Positions 32,728 to 34,354 of a DNA stretch of 34,354 nt are shown here, piece after piece (the first letter of the stretch is position 1; each line of letters begins with the position of its first letter). The stretch comes from Basidiobolus meristosporus CBS 931.73 (lineage: Eukaryota; Fungi; Basidiobolomycota). Made by a program: the position numbers and the translations under genes. A model generated the notes under the pieces. It did no database searches and was not told the origin of the DNA. It saw only the letters and a program-made list of their open reading frames with translations. The stretch is from NCBI GenBank assembly GCA_002104905.1, contig MCFE01000803.1, positions 1 through 34,354 on the forward strand. The letters run 5' to 3'.

Positions 32728-34354
32728 ATGGACAAGAATACTTTGACTCAACGCCGTAAGAGAAGAGAAAAAAGACCATGTGGCTATTGTGGCAAGCCTC
32801 TCAGCCATGAAGCATGCAGACAGCATTAGAAGTATTACAAGGATCACTGCCAGTGTTTTGCCACCCAAGTCATATTTGACCATTCAATGGTCCCTACTGT
32901 ACCAACATTATCTTGCCGGCCAGTTGATACTTCTATATCAGCACCTGGCCATCTTTGTCACCTTGCGCAAACTGAGTCAGGTGAGTTTGTGATGCCTTTA
33001 GGCTCACCTCAGCCTTCTGAATATGGCACGCAGAGTGATAGCTCTGACAAAGAAGGTTCACTGATGGATTTTGAGCCTATCTCCCCTAACAACAGTACCA
33101 CATATGAGCCCGGTCAAATCCCTATATGCAATGAAACAACACCCATTGAGACAAATGCCAAGGATACTTTATGGAGCCAAGTGAGCTCAGTAATCCATCT
33201 ACTGGTGAATGATGTGATGTTGTGGCTAGAGAAGTGGCGCATTTCCACTAATATCAGTAATGGGGGCTTTGAGGATGTATTACTACTTCTTGCCAAAATC
33301 ATACCGGGATGCAACTTACCATGTACATGGTACAAGTGGACAACCGTCATGCGGCTGGCAACATATGATCCAGAGACTGTCCTGATTCCAGCATGTGTTA
33401 ACAGTTGCATGGCATTCATAGCCAAAAATGCTACCATTGCAACGTGTCCAAATTGTCAGGAATCCACCACCATTGAGGGAAAACATTGTTCACACTCTAG
33501 ATATATTCCAGTCATACCCTGTCTGAGGAAGCTGATGCAGTCCAACAAATATTGCAAAGCTATACAGTACCGCACTCAGTATCAATCAAGCGTAAACATA
33601 TCCAATATATTTGATGGCAAACATTACAAACAGCTAAGAAGCAAGGGCTACTTTGAAGGTATGTATGACCATGCCTTTGCTTTAGCACTTGATGGATTCT
33701 CATTAAACAAGTACTCTACCAGCAAATCCTGCTGGCCACTGATTCTCATCAATCTGAATCTGCCACCCATCTTACGGTATCAGAGCAATAATTGGATGGT
33801 AGTCTCACTGGTATCTGGGCCTAAATCACCGTCCACCCTGGATAGCTACCTGTATCCATTGCTGAATGAATTTTGTATGCTTTCCAGTGGGATAATGGTG
33901 AATGGCCGTCATGTAAAAGTGCATATTACTATCTGCATTGGAGATACCCCAACCATCAGCAAGATAGCAGGTTTTTCCGGGCACAATGGATGGTATTGCT
34001 GTTGAATGTGTGAGATCCAGGGGATTTACTCCATAACTCATGCACATTATTATTACCCAAACACCAGCACTAAGAACATCATCTTTTCACAGAGAGAACG
34101 TACAGAAGTAAGCATGCAATTGCAGCAAAGTTGGCAAGCTATAAGCCATTGGCCAGAATATGGAATCAATTGGAAACTGGAGATACTTAAGATAGAGGGT
34201 ATCTGTTGGAGCACGAGCTTTCCACTGGGAGCAATGCATTTGCTTTTCAATAATATCCCTATACTGATGACCAAGTTGTACATGGGGCATTTCAAGCTAA
34301 ATGAGCCCTTCAAGATACTGGAGAAATTTGGAAAAATTGGCAAGATATTACAGA
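32728..34354 (+). pseudogene. CACTA/EnSpm transposase (Tnp2 / Transposase_21-like), two premature stops, incomplete at window end
   Basis: ORF 32887-34005 has IFDG..Y, LALDGFSL, SCWP..LINLNLPP..RY, VSGPKSP, YLYPLLNEF, IGDTP..SK..GFSGHNGWYCC. The frame extends upstream to ATG 32728 past one TAG, and downstream past TGA 34003 (likely ex-CGA) to SFPLGAMHLLFNNI. Confidence 0.93.

Larger units (their letters stand above)
30129..34354 (+). mobile_element. CACTA/EnSpm copy B4 (youngest): left terminus to mid-transposase, runs off window
   Basis: Starts CCCTATGAAAAATTATTG, matching the right termini at 9561 and 15712. The copia target otherwise continues CAAGAAAT-CCCAATTAAG (seen at ~27100). Retains many CpGs. 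Confidence 0.9.

Noticed and set aside
1-34354. The many 60-160-aa ORFs antisense or off-frame to TE genes as novel small proteins
   Set aside because: Not conserved in frame between homologous copies and explained as shadows of decayed gag, pol and transposase frames.
1-34354. CRISPR array, retron, phage or other prokaryotic defence system; env-like or captured host gene in the copia elements
   Set aside because: No regular repeat-spacer array, no operon-like intact ORFs, and no extra ORF between RNase H and PPT in C2 or F.

Overview
Eukaryotic, AT-rich, CpG-depleted window made almost entirely of nested, decayed transposable elements. I find no host gene, no RNA gene and no prokaryotic system; the primer-binding sites hint at a fungal-type host, but that is inference. 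Contents: (i) seven Ty1/copia copies or fragments from two LTR families, with half-tRNA(iMet)-type primer-binding sites (GGTTATGAGCCCC); (ii) six copies or fragments of one CACTA/EnSpm (CMC) DNA transposon family with C(A/C)CTATG termini, carrying a Tnp2-type transposase and a divergently oriented ~680-codon accessory gene (youngest copy 30129 to window end); (iii) a degenerate PIF/Harbinger-like transposase remnant; (iv) solo LTRs of at least four families, several with recoverable target-site duplications (TSDs). The most unusual structures are a perfect 311-bp inverted copy of the young CACTA left end plus flank, pasted into the homologous site of a neighbouring copia, the head-to-head accessory gene, and a 10-bp-phased AGTGC/GCACT inverted array found twice. 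All alignments were done by eye, so fragment boundaries lacking TG..CA, TIR or TSD anchors are approximate. Element labels (A, B1-B6, C1-C3, D, E, F, U, W, X, Z) are mine.
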